A DNA stretch of 64,000 bases from Psammoneis japonica. Its lineage: Eukaryota. Below the pieces are notes generated by a model. That model was not told the origin of the DNA. It saw only the letters and a list, made by a program, of their open reading frames with translations, and searched no databases. Below are positions 13,112 through 26,510 of this stretch, piece after piece; positions within the stretch are counted from its first letter, which is position 1; each line of letters begins with the position of its first letter. The position numbers and the translations under genes were made by a program. The stretch spans positions 62,001 through 126,000 of the forward strand of contig QPGO01000160.1 in the NCBI GenBank assembly GCA_008632985.1. The letters are read 5' to 3'.

Positions 13112-14233
13112 ATGGCAACAAATCTTTTTTCAGCCGTCTTGAATTCTCATCACGGAGTTTGGTATTTTGTGGTGATTGGAGCTGCGTTACTTGTATTGAT
13201 TCCCATCGCATTAGTGGCTAGCTGGACTTGTGTATTGGCTGGAATAACATGGTGGAGATTGCCTACTCACGATACACGAAAATTCAAGTCATGTCTTTGC
13301 TCTGGACGAGTTTCTCATACGCGGCTACAGCCTGTGGTGCACGGCTTTTCGTATCCACTGTTTTTCGCCGCAGTTGATTTGCAAGAAGTTCAAGACTTGT
13401 TTCATACAAATAGCAGAAAAGGACTGCTGTGGCCGCTAAATCAAATCATGTCGTTTCAGACGTGTGATCATTTGAAAAATAGAGAAGGACTCGGTGGCGA
13501 GCAACAACAAGAAGACGTTTCTCTGATGGACCGTGTGTTTAGGTTGATTGCTCAAAAGACTCAAAACAAATTTCGACCCACCCGTACGACTCATTCTGTC
13601 GTATTATTGACACATTTGAGGTATTTTGGCTATTGCTTCAACCCCGTCAGCTTTTATTACGTCTTGGATGCCTCGACCAAAAAGTGCGAGTGTATTATTG
13701 GCGAAGTGAGCAACACGCCTTGGAATGAAATGCAGTGTTATGTACTGCATCCAGACAGTATCGATGCAACGTCATTTGAAAACAACAATGGCAAGACAAA
13801 CATTGTTTTTCCCAAAACCTTTCATGTCAGTCCCTTTATGGAAATGGATCATGTCTACTACTGGACGTTTGATGAAAAGCTTGACATTACCAAGAGCAAT
13901 ACCATTACCGTCAATACAACCATGAAGAAGCAAGACGAATCCTATTTTTCAGCGTCCTTTTCGATTCAACCCATGACGCCGCTCGCAAATCCTTGGTTGT
14001 GTGCCCTGACGCTGCTCAAGTATCCGCTCTATTGCGTTGTGATTCAAGTATGGATTCACTACGAAGCCATTTGGTTGTTTGCCAAGGGCGTTTCCTTTAT
14101 TCCACACCCTCAAGGAAGCGAGACTAGAGCAAGTCGATGGATTGGAAACATCATGGCGCCCGTGTTTGCCGTCAAGGCGTGGATACAGCAAGGTTCGGAT
14201 GCGGAAGTGGGTAGTAAGGAAAAGGCGTCGTGA
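13112..14233 (+). CDS. DUF1365 family protein
   Basis: GRVSHTR..P..HGFSYPLF, LLTHLRYFGYCFNPVSFYY, EVSNTPW, KTFHVSPFM and IHYEAIWLFAKG motifs; N-terminal TM segment. Confidence 0.9.
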   Translation: MATNLFSAVLNSHHGVWYFVVIGAALLVLIPIALVASWTCVLAGITWWRLPTHDTRKFKSCLCSGRVSHTRLQPVVHGFSYPLFFAAVDLQEVQDLFHTNSRKGLLWPLNQIMSFQTCDHLKNREGLGGEQQQEDVSLMDRVFRLIAQKTQNKFRPTRTTHSVVLLTHLRYFGYCFNPVSFYYVLDASTKKCECIIGEVSNTPWNEMQCYVLHPDSIDATSFENNNGKTNIVFPKTFHVSPFMEMDHVYYWTFDEKLDITKSNTITVNTTMKKQDESYFSASFSIQPMTPLANPWLCALTLLKYPLYCVVIQVWIHYEAIWLFAKGVSFIPHPQGSETRASRWIGNIMAPVFAVKAWIQQGSDAEVGSKEKAS

Positions 14234-14267
14234 TTGAATCAGTTATGGAAACGATGAGAAACGAGTA

Positions 14268-14270
<3 letters not shown>

Positions 14271-14308
<38 letters not shown>
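14271..14308. repeat. (CT)19 microsatellite
   Basis: Direct reading. Confidence 0.95.
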
Positions 14309-14309
<1 letters not shown>

Positions 14310-14846
14310 ATGTTTAAACGAATTTGATGAGCCGTTCTAAAGCTTTTGTTGACAATTTCTTAAGGGTGGCATTGGACGAGTATCCAAAGTCGCGCAACGA
14401 TCATTTGACTGTTGTTCTCACGCAGCATTGATGCAACAAAAGGGAAAGGTCTCACTTCAAGCACAGTCGATGGTGGGCGGGAGGGACGCCTCGACTCAGG
14501 AGCGAAATAATGCCGAAGGTGACAATGTCCTGTGACTACCAGAGGCCATAATTTATTTTGTGTCTTCAATAATTATTGGTTTTCTTGTTTCTCTACAAAG
14601 TCATTTTCACTTAAGGACTCAGTACCGCCAATCGATGATTTCATTAAAAGCATAAGAATGTCGAATCCTTTCGCGAACCTCTTGGTTCGCATTTCATTGT
14701 AGAAATCTACATGAATTGATGGTATGACCCTTGTCCAATGTCCTCACAAGACGTTTCCCCGCTAAACATTTGGAGCGCCACAAAATAATGTGCTCATTCT
14801 TCTGAAAGCAAGGCTCTCGATCACCGGCAACAAGGAGATTGCGACG

Positions 14847-17736
14847 ATGAAATTTACATGCGGGAGACTCCTTATCCTCCTCGCAGCGACCTTTTGTAGT
14901 GGAGAAGGTGCAGTCGAGAGAGAACTATACAATTTTGAAGTAAGTGTCGATCCATGATTTCCGTGTTTCGTTTGCATTTCTGGTTATAATAGTAGGCATT
15001 CTGTGTTTCTCATCATTCGATGCTTGTGCAATATTCCTATTAGAAATGCAATAACGCGAATGGACAGCTGAAGTCTGCTGGAAACTGTGCCGTCTTGATG
15101 CTAGCAACGAATGGAAAGAAGAAAGTACTTCTCAACGTTCAAGATGCAAAAGCTGGCGTGTCGGGCAACACGTGCATTCTCGACGAGGGCGCGCTCGAGG
15201 TAGACGGAAGAGCCACGATTGACGGCAATTCAGTATTTGAGCCTCAGGCCATTGCTCCTGAAAACATTGAAGACATCACAACGGGAGTGGTGGATAGGAA
15301 CGCTGAGCTTTCTGAAGAGCTACAGGACGCGTTGGAAGCATCTGCCTTCTTTGCCGCTCAAACCTGTGATGCGACTCTTTCTTCTCTACCTGACGTTTTA
15401 GACTTGTCTGTTTATGGTGATAGAGATGCCTATATTTGCTTCGAGGATGGTCTTAAAATTACATCAGACGTCAAGGTAACCGGGGGAAGCAAGAACAGAG
15501 TGGTTTTCAACATCGAAGGTGGATTGTCCTTTGATGGATCCAAGGTTTTGGGTGAAGGATCCATCAAGCCCAAAGACATCATCTGGAATGTATTGAGTGG
15601 TGGTGTCGACCTCAACGACGCAACGATTGACGGTAGTATCATTGGCCTCACTAGCAAAATTAACCTGGTCAAAGCTGAACTGAATGGTCAAATTATCTCG
15701 GGATCTCTGGTTCGTCTCTTTTCCGGGTCGTCTGTCGTTTGCAATGAACGATCCCAACCACCAACTCCAGCTCCGACAGATCGCCCTGCCCCAAAGTTCG
15801 GGGCGTGTTGCAACGAGATGCGCTGTGTGATATCAAAAAAGGAGAGGTGTGAGAGAAAGGGAGGCGCCTATCAGGGCGACGAAACGACCTGTAACAGCAT
15901 CGACATTGAGTGTCCGAGGGTTGGAGCCTGCTGCTCTCCCACTGGAAAGTGTACAATCACGGGCAAGAGAGATTGCAATGTCCAAGGAGGGTCCTGGGGG
16001 GGATTTGGAAAGAGTTGTGAAGACGTAAAGTGCTCGACCCCGCCTCCTACACCGCAGCCAACAAGACCAGAACCCGGGGCCTGCTGCGGTCTTGACGACA
16101 GCGGAAAAGGGCTCTGCTTTCTTGCCGGAACTGGAGAAGCTTGCGCTTCACGAGGCGGGATCTGGAACGGGGTCGGCACAACTTGTGCGGAGACAAAATG
16201 CCCAGACGAGGAGACACCGCCACCAACTCCGAAGCCTTCGCAGCGTCCAACTCCACGCCCAACAAAACCACCGACTCCTCTGGGTGCATGCTGCATCGAG
16301 CGTAAAGGAAACGGCTTTTGTACCGAGACCACCGAAAAAGCATGCAAGCGAAGGCGTGGTGTCTTCCAAGGTGACAACACTGATTGCGAAACGAATTTGT
16401 GTCCCACTAAGCCCCCAACTCCTTCGCCTACTCAAAGGCCGACCAGACCCCCACCTGGAGCCTGTTGCCTCTCGAAAAAGGGGCGTTGCTTTACTGGATC
16501 CGAAGAGAAATGTGAAAGTAGGGGTGGAGTCTATCGAGGTCCTGGAACCGAATGTAGTGAAGACTTTTGTCCCAAGCCCACACGACGTCCAACTCCAATG
16601 CCGTCTCCACCACCAACTCCGGCTCCCACACCTCGACCGACGACGAAGCCGACTCCCGCCCCATCTCCTCGGCCCACGGCGAGGCCAACCCCGCGACCCA
16701 CTCCAAGGCCTACTCCGGCGCCAACCAGAGCTCCACCTGGGGCGTGCTGTATCGAAAGGAACGGTGAGTATCCATTTCGTTTGTAATGACGTGTCAAGCG
16801 ATTTGATTGTGGCTCTAACATTCAGTCGAACTTGACACAATGTATGATTATTCAGGCCGATGCTTCTTGATTGGAAATGAAGAGATATGCGAAAGACGAG
16901 GAGGTGTCTTTGGAGGCTCCGGGTCTGAATGTAATGACAAGTTTTGTCCCAAACCCACGCGACCCCCGACTCCCAGGCCGTCACCACCACCGCGTACCAG
17001 GCCGCCGACCAAGCCACCAACGAAACCACCGACCAATGGCGGATGCTGCTTGCCCAGCGGCAATTGTATTGAAACAACCATGGTTACCTGCAGATTCAAA
17101 GGTGGTACCTTCCAAGGCATCGGAACTAAATGTAAGGAAGACACGTGCCCTAAGAAGGGCGCTTGTTGCGCAAAATCGAGTGCCGCTGCCACAAACGTTC
17201 CTTGCATTGACGTTAGTGCAGAAACTTGCAAATACAAAAACGGCATCTTTCAGGGCGAAGGCACCGAATGCGACGCTAACAACAAATGTCCCTCCAAACC
17301 AGAGACTGGCGCATGCTGCTCTCCCGCCGGTGGGCAGTGCCTAAACCTAAGCGATACAATGTGTCGGGACAAGGGCGGCAAGTTTCTCGGAGGCGACACA
17401 TCTTGTGATAACGGAAGGTGTCCTGTCAACCCTGGAACAGGATGCTGTGTGTTTGGTGGAGGAAAATGCTTCATAGGGACGTCTGGAGAATGCATTAGAA
17501 AGGGAGGAAGGTACTTTTTAGAAGACGATTCGACTTGCAGCAATGTATATTGCTCAACTCCTGACAGGACGCCAAATCCAACCCCAGCTCATCGTCCCGT
17601 TCCTGGTCCAACTCATCGTCCCGTTCCCGGTCCAGCTCATCGTCCCGTTCCTGGTCCAGCTCCTTCTAACAAGCCCAAGAACATCTATAGGCAAAGCAGC
17701 GGAAGTGGAGGCGGCAGTGGCAGTAGTCGAGTTTGA
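14847..17736 (+). CDS. GACC-repeat gene A: signal peptide, RxL, ice-binding/choice-of-anchor-A-like beta-solenoid, 10 six-Cys modules with Pro/Thr linkers
   Basis: Exons 14847-14939, 15044-16763 and 16856-17736 (GT-AG, in frame). Leader MKFTCGRLLILLAATFCSGEG-AVEREL. Solenoid-like region LKSAGNCAVL...VVFNIEGGL...IIWNV...IDGSIIG. Confidence 0.85.
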
Positions 17737-19083
17737 AGCACTCACACTAGATTCAGACCAAACATAAACAAATAAATAATTGCCATCAAAGAATGCCTAC
17801 TGGAAACAGAAGCGAGTCTTTGGATAATGTCTAAGACATTTGTAGACGGTGGACGCCATTGCCAAATCGGCAAGGATCGAAGATGTCAGTCCAGGACTGG
17901 CGCATACACCAACAGATTTTTTTATGCTATTGAAGTAGCGACACTGACGGACAAACAATACGCGGTCAGAGACAACAACGGCATCAACATGGATTCGACA
18001 GAACAAAGACAAAACGAGAATCATCAACACAGACCCACCCCGCCTTACGTACACTCTTCGGTTTTTGCATTTTAAGCAACGCATCGGTAAAACTCGGATA
18101 CGTGTGCCAGTGTTCTGACTTCCGATTGGCATACAGACTGACAAGAGCAGATAATACGCGATGGAGCGCAAAACTCATCTCTTGAGCCAGTGCTGAGGTG
18201 AAACGAGTCAATACGGATCAACGCGGATGGAATAGCGGCAGTGTCGATGCACATCCTTTGCGCGGTATCCCCGTCGTTCTGGCTTCGTATGCCGCATGCT
18301 GCAAAGCAAACGATTTGTTTTCGTGCATTGGCCCTTGACAACGCGATTTGCGGTGTCAACCTGAGAAATCAGCATACCATGACGGCGCTCACTTACCGTG
18401 CTGCACCACAATCCTGCTGTGGCATGCCTGAGAGGGATGAGACGCACTGCTGACACGGCGGTGCCATCGTGATGCACCGACCATGTAACCCGATAAGCCG
18501 ATAGCCGATGCGGCTATTAGTTTTGATCTTCACCCAGCCATCGTCATATCGTCATCGTGCGTGCGTCCAGCCTCCAACCGAGATCAGATGGGCATATGGG
18601 GCGTTATTGAGGGCATAATTAAAAAATAGAATTAATTAAATATTGTGAGGCATAAAAGTCATTAGGGGAGGCACTAATAAAGGCTTTTAATTAAAGTATC
18701 AATATCGGGGCAATTAGGCATATATAATTCGGGCGAGAGATCTGGTGTGACTTTTTCGTGTGATAAATGCACTCACATTCTCAGCAATAATCCTCTCCCG
18801 CAGTTGCTGAGCAATGAACCAGGAGGCAACAGTTAGCACAAACTAGACCAAATCATCGGACAAGTCAGTGTACTATAGTACCTACCAAAGAAGTCATATC
18901 GGGATAAGTGTTTCAAGAGAATGATTTACGCCCTCGAGTCTGTCTTCAAAAACCCAAATTCTGGAAAGGCTTGAACGGTCACCTCATTTTCGTCTCACAA
19001 TTCATCGATCTATTCAACATTCGTCTCACAATTCATCAAGCTCTTCCGAAAAAAAGACACATCAACGAGATTGGTCGCTAACG

Positions 19084-21457
19084 ATGAAACTTTTTCTCAA
19101 GGGGTTGTTTCTCCTTGTAGCTTTTGCTCTCTCCTGCGAAGCTATCGGTAAGTTGTCGGCGTGCTTCAAACAGATTGATGGAACATTACGATGAGGAAAG
19201 AGGCGCTCACTTCTTCATTTTCCACATAAATCCTTGCATAAAGACGCTTCGAAAGGTTCGGGTGTCAGCGATGAGATCTTGACCGAGGTGCGTATAAATT
19301 TTGTCGTTGAAATACGTTATCGATATATTTTCTGATCATCACTCATATCCTTTGATGTGTATGGATATTATTTTGTTCAGAACGACCTTGGGGCCGACAG
19401 CGGTGGTGGTGAAGAAAGGAACTTAGCTGGGGTAAGTCTCTTTTGGTTTCGAAGAAGAAACATTCTCAGTTGCTACCTATCAACTTGAAAAGCCTTTGTG
19501 TCACTTCGCGAACTAACGGAAGCATTGCTTCTTTTTATACCTATCATAGTATACCGGAGCATGCTGCTTTGCCGACACCTGTCTTGTCTTGGAAGAATTC
19601 AAGTGTAGGAGGAAGGGGGGCTCTTTTAAGGGCTATGGCACCAAATGTCATAAGAAAATTTGCCCAGCGGCCTATGGAGGTTGCTGCTTCCGCGACGGAT
19701 CCTGCAAGGTTTACAAAAAGAACTACTGCAACGCTCTGGGCGGTACCTACCGCGGTCCTGGAACCGGTTGTTTCAACGCTAAGTGTGGGGCTTATTCGAC
19801 TCCTAATCCTACACCAAGTCCTAGTCGTCCTGCCGCTTGTTGCCTCAAATTTCAAAACAAATGCCGCTTTCTGAAGCAGCGCGTCTGTGAAAAAAGGGGC
19901 GGCCACATTGTCGGCAACAGGTGCAACCTATACACATGTCCAGCTGCCTATTCTGCCTGCTGCTTGCGCAATGGGTCCTGCAAGAACGTCAGAACAAAAC
20001 GCCAGTGCGACGATCGTTACGGATACTTCCAAGGGTTTGGTACTCAGTGCTATCCTGGAATTTGTGCTCCCAAGTCAACGCCGCCGCCGACCCCGCCTCC
20101 TACGCCACCCCCTTCACGTCCGGGTGCATGTTGCTTCAAAAATGAAAAATGCCGAGTTACCACAAAGGAATGGTGTGTTCTCGAAGGAGGATACTTTCAA
20201 GGCCCTGATACGACTTGCGAGAAGCATTGTCCTGGCGCCTGTTGTTTGCAAGGCGATTACCATTGCTTAGACAAGTCAGAGCACGAATGCGATCTTGTAT
20301 ATGGAGAGTTTCAGGGTACGGGAACGTCTTGCTATTATGGAATTTGTAAGAAGCCAACGCCGCCACCGACCCCGCCTCCTACACCACCCCCTTCACACCC
20401 GGGTGCCTGTTGCTTCAAAAATGAAAAATGCCGAGTTACGACAAAGGAATGGTGCGTCCTTGAAGGAGGATACTTTCAAGGCCCTAATACGACTTGTGAG
20501 AAGCACTGTCCTGGCGCTTGTTGCTTGCAGGGCGGTCACCATTGCTTGGACAAGTCGGAGCACGAATGCTACCTTAGCTATGGAGAGTTTCAAGGTACAG
20601 GAACGTCTTGCTATTATGGAATTTGCAAGAAGCCAACGCCACCACCTACCCCGCCACCTACGCCGCCTCCCAAGCCCGACATCGAAACAGGAGCTTGTTG
20701 CTTTCCGCATGGACAAAAATGCCGTGTCACCACTTATGAGTGGTGTCACCTCGAAGGCGGCCACTTCCAAGGCCCTCATACCACGTGCGAAAAACATTGC
20801 AAAGGTGCATGCTGCTTGTCTCGGGGTGTGCACACGACCATTTGCGTTGATGTATCGGAGCATGAATGCCGTAGCAAGTATGGCAAGTTTCAAGGAACAG
20901 ATACATCGTGCAAAAAACATGGGATCTGCAAGCAGGGTCCTTCCCCTTCGGGCTCGAGCTCAAGCAAGGGAAAGGGCGGCAGCAGCAGTGGTGGCAGTAG
21001 TGGTGGCAGCAGCGGTGGCAGTAGTAGTGGCAGCAGCGGTGGCAGCAGTGGTGGCAGCAGCGGAAGTAGCAGTGGCCATGCGCCACCCCACAAGCCAGAT
21101 AGCGAAACGGGAGCATGTTGTTTTAGGAATGGACAAAAATGTCGTGTCACCACTTATAAGTGGTGTCACCTTGAAGGCGGCCACTTCCAAGGCCCTCATA
21201 CCACGTGCGAAAAACATTGCAAAGGTGCCTGCTGCTTGTCTCTGGGTGCTCACAAGAACATTTGCGCTGACGTATCGGAGCACGAGTGCCGCAGCAAGTA
21301 CGGCAAGTTTCAAGGCACCGACACGTCGTGCCACAAACATGGGATCTGCAAGCAGGGTCCTCCCCCTTCGAGCTCCAGCGGGGGAAAGGGCGGTAGCAGC
21401 GGCAGCAGTAGTAGCAGCAGCGGCAACAAGCACAGGGGCCGCGGTAGTTCAAGTTAG
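19084..21457 (+). CDS. GACC-repeat gene B: secreted, 12 six-Cys modules, Pro/Thr and Gly/Ser linkers
   Basis: Exons 19084-19147, 19244-19287, 19381-19431 and 19550-21457. Signal peptide MKLFLKGLFLLVAFALSCEA; pro-peptide ends EERNLAG. Confidence 0.88.
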
Positions 21458-23759
21458 AGTAGTGGAAGGTTTGTTTAGCAATCACACATATCCGAGAGAA
21501 TCTACGTTCACCATCCTTCTTCAAGACCGATGTTTATTTCATGTGATGCCTTGTTTCAACAAGGTAATAATGTAATGTTCCGTTATTTATTGGTACCTAT
21601 CTACAGTAAAGATGTAATTTTTTCCAGTTACTGTACTTGGGCGAGTGCTCGGCTGTAGAGAAATTGACTTAGTAGGGCCCTAGAGAGACAGACAGAGAGA
21701 GGGAGAGAGAGATTTGTTCGTCCGTTCGTTCGAGAGAGAGAGAGAGGTGCTGGATTTCGAGGCGCAAACGTGTCTACCGTATCTCTGAACAACTTTACTG
21801 TTGTTTCTAGCAACGCAATACATAATTCTTAAGCTCTACAGTGGCTCATGTTGTCCAGTTTGATTGTCGCAGTCGCGGCGGTATCATTTCCCCCGCTAAT
21901 CCAAGATGCAGAGACTCAGAATGGCTCTTGAAGTTGCAGTTGGCACTCAACCATAGTAGATTACGACTAGCTCTCTCCGGTTGAAACCTCGAGCGTACCT
22001 CACGCACTTGTTCCTTCGATGCATCTTATGTCTATGTCGATCGCCTTCTTCTATCAACACTCCTTTTCCGCAAGGCCATTTTGACGAAAATAAAAATATT
22101 AAAGTAGATTCAATGCTTTCCAGCTGCATACGCCAGACGGCAGCCTGGCTACACCGCTAGATCAGAAGAACTTCAGGTGCAGAGGAGGAACGCAGAGAAG
22201 ATTATTTTCGGACTTCGCATGAACCCTGTAATGCTCAAAACCAGAATCGTGGTCCATACCAGCATCAGCTCTTTCGTAAAGCAGTAATCGAAAGAGAAAC
22301 GAGTTGTACGAGGGTAAAAGTCGGGCAATTCACGTTCAGAGATGCCATTTTTTCTTGTTTATTATCTAACCGCAATCATGCCTTTTGAACAACGCCAGAC
22401 CCCAAAACCAACTCCACATCCTGGTCTACATCCAAACACAGCTCCTAGTTGCTCGTCCAAGAGCAAAGGCAAAGCCAGGACCTTAAAACTGGAGATAGTA
22501 CGAAAGAAAACTAATAGTGGAGGCGGTGGCAACGAAAGTGGAAGCGACAGTGGCAGTCGAGTTAACTCAATTCTAGAGTGCACATTCAGAATAAAGATAA
22601 TCGTCGAGTCTTTTTCAGGACACAGGACAACACCGAAGTACTGGTACAGTATGCTGCAAGCGGAACTGCGCGTCTCGTCTCTTTCACCATCTAAGATTCT
22701 TTGCATGATCACAAACGAACAGTGGTCATGCGCGCCTATTTTGTGGATGAGGCATTGGGCACGAAGCCGACTAGGCCCTACAGAGGATTACATACAACAG
22801 CAACACCAATGATGGCCGGATATGAAAAAAATAGCTTCTTTTCCTGAAATAGAAAAGGCATGAATGCATGCTAGTTCAAAGACAAAAATAATGAACAGTA
22901 GCAAGGCCGAAGAAATGCGCCCGGCGAAAAAGAGTGAGATAACTGTGAGAATTTGTCGTACCGTATGCATCTTTGTCCCGCAATTTACGCCCATTGTGTG
23001 CTGAGTCAACGTTGTGGTGATATCATCCAGACGGATGGGCCAGTCGCAGTGTAGTCGAAAAGCATCACAGTCTACGAAGCACGAAGCAGAGATCAGAGAT
23101 CGTTGCTCCACACTCCACACGTACCGTATCATTGCACGTGTGAAAGGCTCTCGTTTCAAAACTAAACGGATCAACAAGGAAACATTCATACAATGGCGGC
23201 ATTCAATTATCGTGCATCTCATGTCTCATGGTACGATATGCTTTCATAGTGGAGCGACTTTGGACTGGAGCAACCCCAAACCCCCCAAACCCGCGGCGGG
23301 GCGAGCAACGAGCAAACAACAAACATTGGATTTGTCTTTGTTGCGTTTGCGTTTGTTACAGTACGCTGGAGTCTAATTAACGGGTCAGAAATGACATTTT
23401 ACTATTAATAAAAGCAACAGTCTATAGTAAACAATGCGGCGAAAAAGGTCACAAAGAAAAGGAAGGCACGAACAATAATGTCTTTATCACATGGACATAA
23501 GTGCTCTCACATTTCTTGCTTTCACCCCAATAATCCCACGGCAGCAGAGTTAGTTGCTGCGAATGAAAGCAGTCACGAAGTCAAACGCGAATCAGACGGG
23601 AGAAGAGCGACATGCAGTCTCGAGTCTATTTTCGAAATCGTAAATTCTGGAAAGGCCTGATCAGCATATCTCATTACCGTATTTGCTTTCGGCTTTCACA
23701 ACGCATCATCTCTATCAAAACCGACAACAATCGCTTCATCAACGATCCTGTCGGTGAAG

Positions 23760-25858
23760 ATGAAAACTTTCCTCAAGGGGCTTCTTCTCCTTGTAGCTTT
23801 TAATCTCTCCTGCGAGGCTATTGGTAAGTGATCTACAAACTGCAGGCAAACCAGATGAGCTTTGCGACGATGAAGGATGCGCTCACTTGGTTTTTATTAT
23901 CCGTACTACTTTTAAGACGCTTCGAAAGGTTCGGAAGTAAACGAGGAGATCTTGACCGAGGTGAGTGTACCTTAATTCTTAAAATACTGCAGATGCACGG
24001 TTTTTGATACCCACTCATCATTTCCTTCATATCTATGGATATTTGCTCAGCCCGACCTTGGAGCCGACAATGCTGGTGGTGAAGGAAGAAAGTTAGCTGG
24101 AGTAAGTATCACATAGTTTGGAAGAAAGAGTATCAGTTGCTTTGCAAACTAACCACATTATTGCTTCATCTTAAACCTACCGCAGTATACTGGGGCATGC
24201 TGCTTTGCTGACCACTGTCTGGTCTTGGCAGATTACAAATGTAGGAAACAAGGAGGCCACTTCAAAGGATATCGCAGCAAGTGCGATAGGAAAGTTTGTC
24301 CGGCTGCCTATGGTGGTTGCTGCCTCCCGGGCGGCTCCTGCGTCATTTACAAGAAGAAATATTGCCGTACCTTGGGCGGTACCTGGCGCGGTCCCACAAG
24401 CAATTGCGCCAACGCGTATTGTGGGGGGTATTCAACGCCTAATCCTACACCAAGTCCTAGTCGTCCTGTTGCATGCTGCCTCAAGTTTCAAAACAAATGC
24501 CGCTTTCTTAAAACGCACATTTGTGAAAAAAGGGGTGGTCACATCGTCGGCAACAGGTGCAACCAATACACTTGTCCAGCTGCCTATTCTGCCTGCTGCT
24601 GGCGCAATGGAAAGTGCAAGAACGTCAAAACAAAATGGCAGTGCAACAAACGTTACGGAACTTTCAAAGGATTTGGTACTCATGTCATCCTGGAATCTGT
24701 GCGCACAAGCCAACGCCGCCACCGACCCCCAAAACGGGCGCCTGCTGTTTGCAGGGAGGCCATCATTGCCTAGATGTCACGGAGAACGAGTGCTACCTCA
24801 AGTACGGAACTTTTAAAGGAGTAGGGACGTCTTGCCGATCCGGAATCTGCAAGGTTCATCCCCCAAAGCCAACGCCGCCACCGAAGCCAAAGACGGGAGC
24901 TTGTTGTTTGCAAGGAGGCCATTATTGCCTGGATATAACGGAAAAGGAGTGCCAACTCAAGTACGGAACGTTTAAAGGAGTCGGAACGTCTTGCCGATCC
25001 GGAATCTGCAAAATTCATCCTCCCAAGCCAACGCCGCCGCCGGCACCCAGCCCACCCGGAGCCTGTTGCTTCAAAAAAGAGAAATGCCGCATCGCAGCGA
25101 AAGAATGGTGCATCCTGGAAGGAGGAGATTTTCAGGGCCCTGGTACTACTTGCGAGAAACATTGTAGCGGTGCATGCTGTGGAATAGGTGGCCAATACTG
25201 CGACAATGTCACGGAGCACGATTGCTACCTAAGGTCTGGAAAGTTTCACGGCAGGGGCACTTCTTGCCACCCTGATATTTGTGACCCAACGCCGCCACCG
25301 ACCCCGCCACCGCCTCCGACACCTCCTGGCGCTTGTTGCTTTAAGAATGGAGAAAAATGCAGAGTCACGACAAAAGAATGGTGCATTCTTGAAGGAGGAC
25401 ATTTCCAGGGCTCTGATACTACTTGCGAGAAGCATTGTCCTGGTGCCTGCTGCGGACTAGGTGGTCAATACTGCAATGATATCTCGGAGCACCATTGCTA
25501 CCTTCAGTTTGGAAAGTTTCTAGGTACAGAAACTTCTTGTCACCCTGACATTTGTAAGCCAACGCCACCCCCTACTTCACCTCCCACGCCAGATTTCGAA
25601 GGAGCATGTTGTTTCAAGGATGCTGGGAAAAAATGTCGATTCACCACTCAAAAATTGTGTAACCTTGAAGGTGGGCATTTCCAAGGCCCTCACACAACAT
25701 GCGAAACCGATTGCAAAGGTGCCTGTTGCTTGCGTCGTGGTCCCTACAGGACTATTTGCGCTGATGTCACGGAGATTGATTGTCGTCGCAAGTATGGCAA
25801 GTTTCAAGGCACTGATAAGACGTGTCAACAACCTGGAGTCTGCGAGGCCTACCCGTAG
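23760..25858 (+). CDS. GACC-repeat gene C (paralog of B): 12 modules, 1-bp frameshift near 24683
   Basis: Exons 23760-23823, 23917-23960, 24051-24101 and 24186-25858; same exon phases as B; pro-peptide ends EGRKLAG. Reads ACTCATGTCAT versus ACTCAGTGTCAT in gene D. An out-of-frame Gly/Ser tail follows the stop. Confidence 0.8.
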
Positions 25859-26241
25859 TGGCGGCAGCAGTAGTGGCAGCTCAAGTTGGGCACCGGAAGT
25901 TTGTTTAAGTCCTCCTCGAGAATCCTCCGTGCCTCACCCAGCTTTCCACACAACTGTCACGTCGGTTTGCCTACTTCGAATATACTTATTCCGTTTAACC
26001 TTTAGAGTACCGTTACATGTTTCAGCTACACGGAGTGCTGTGTAGAAGTAGTTGGGTAGGCTTTTGCTTTATAACCCTTCCAGGGGAGTTGCGCGCTATG
26101 TTCCACGTTGTCTATGAGTACACGTATTTCCCGTTCTCTAAGAGATCTAAACGTGTTCGTAACAACATGATGCACTACCACTAACACAAGGACCTCGTTC
26201 GCGCCCCTCTGAGCTTCAAAAACATGTCTTTGGCGTCACCT

Positions 26242-26372
26242 NNNNNNNNNNNNNNNNNNNNNNNNNNNNNNNNNNNNNNNNNNNNNNNNNNNNNNNNNNN
26301 NNNNNNNNNNNNNNNNNNNNNNNNNNNNNNNNNNNNNNNNNNNNNNNNNNNNNNNNNNNNNNNNNNNNNNNN
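26242..26372. other. Assembly gap (131 N)
   Basis: N run. Confidence 1.
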
Positions 26373-26395
26373 AACGAGGTGGAGACCGACGAGGC

Positions 26396-26510
26396 GGGTT
26401 GCACAATGGCGAGAACGACCCCAGCGAGGAGGGTGGACGACGAGGAGGGCTTTAGCCCGACGAGAAGGCCACACGACAAGCTGTGGGTCGTTCTCGCCAT
26501 TGTGCAACCC
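26396..26510. repeat. Perfect 26-bp inverted repeat
   Basis: GGGTTGCACAATGGCGAGAACGACCC (26396-26421) and its exact reverse complement (26485-26510). Confidence 0.95.

Noticed and set aside
17797..18477. Short ORFs downstream of gene A, and those in 21900-23700
   Set aside because: No recognisable domains or coherent gene structure.
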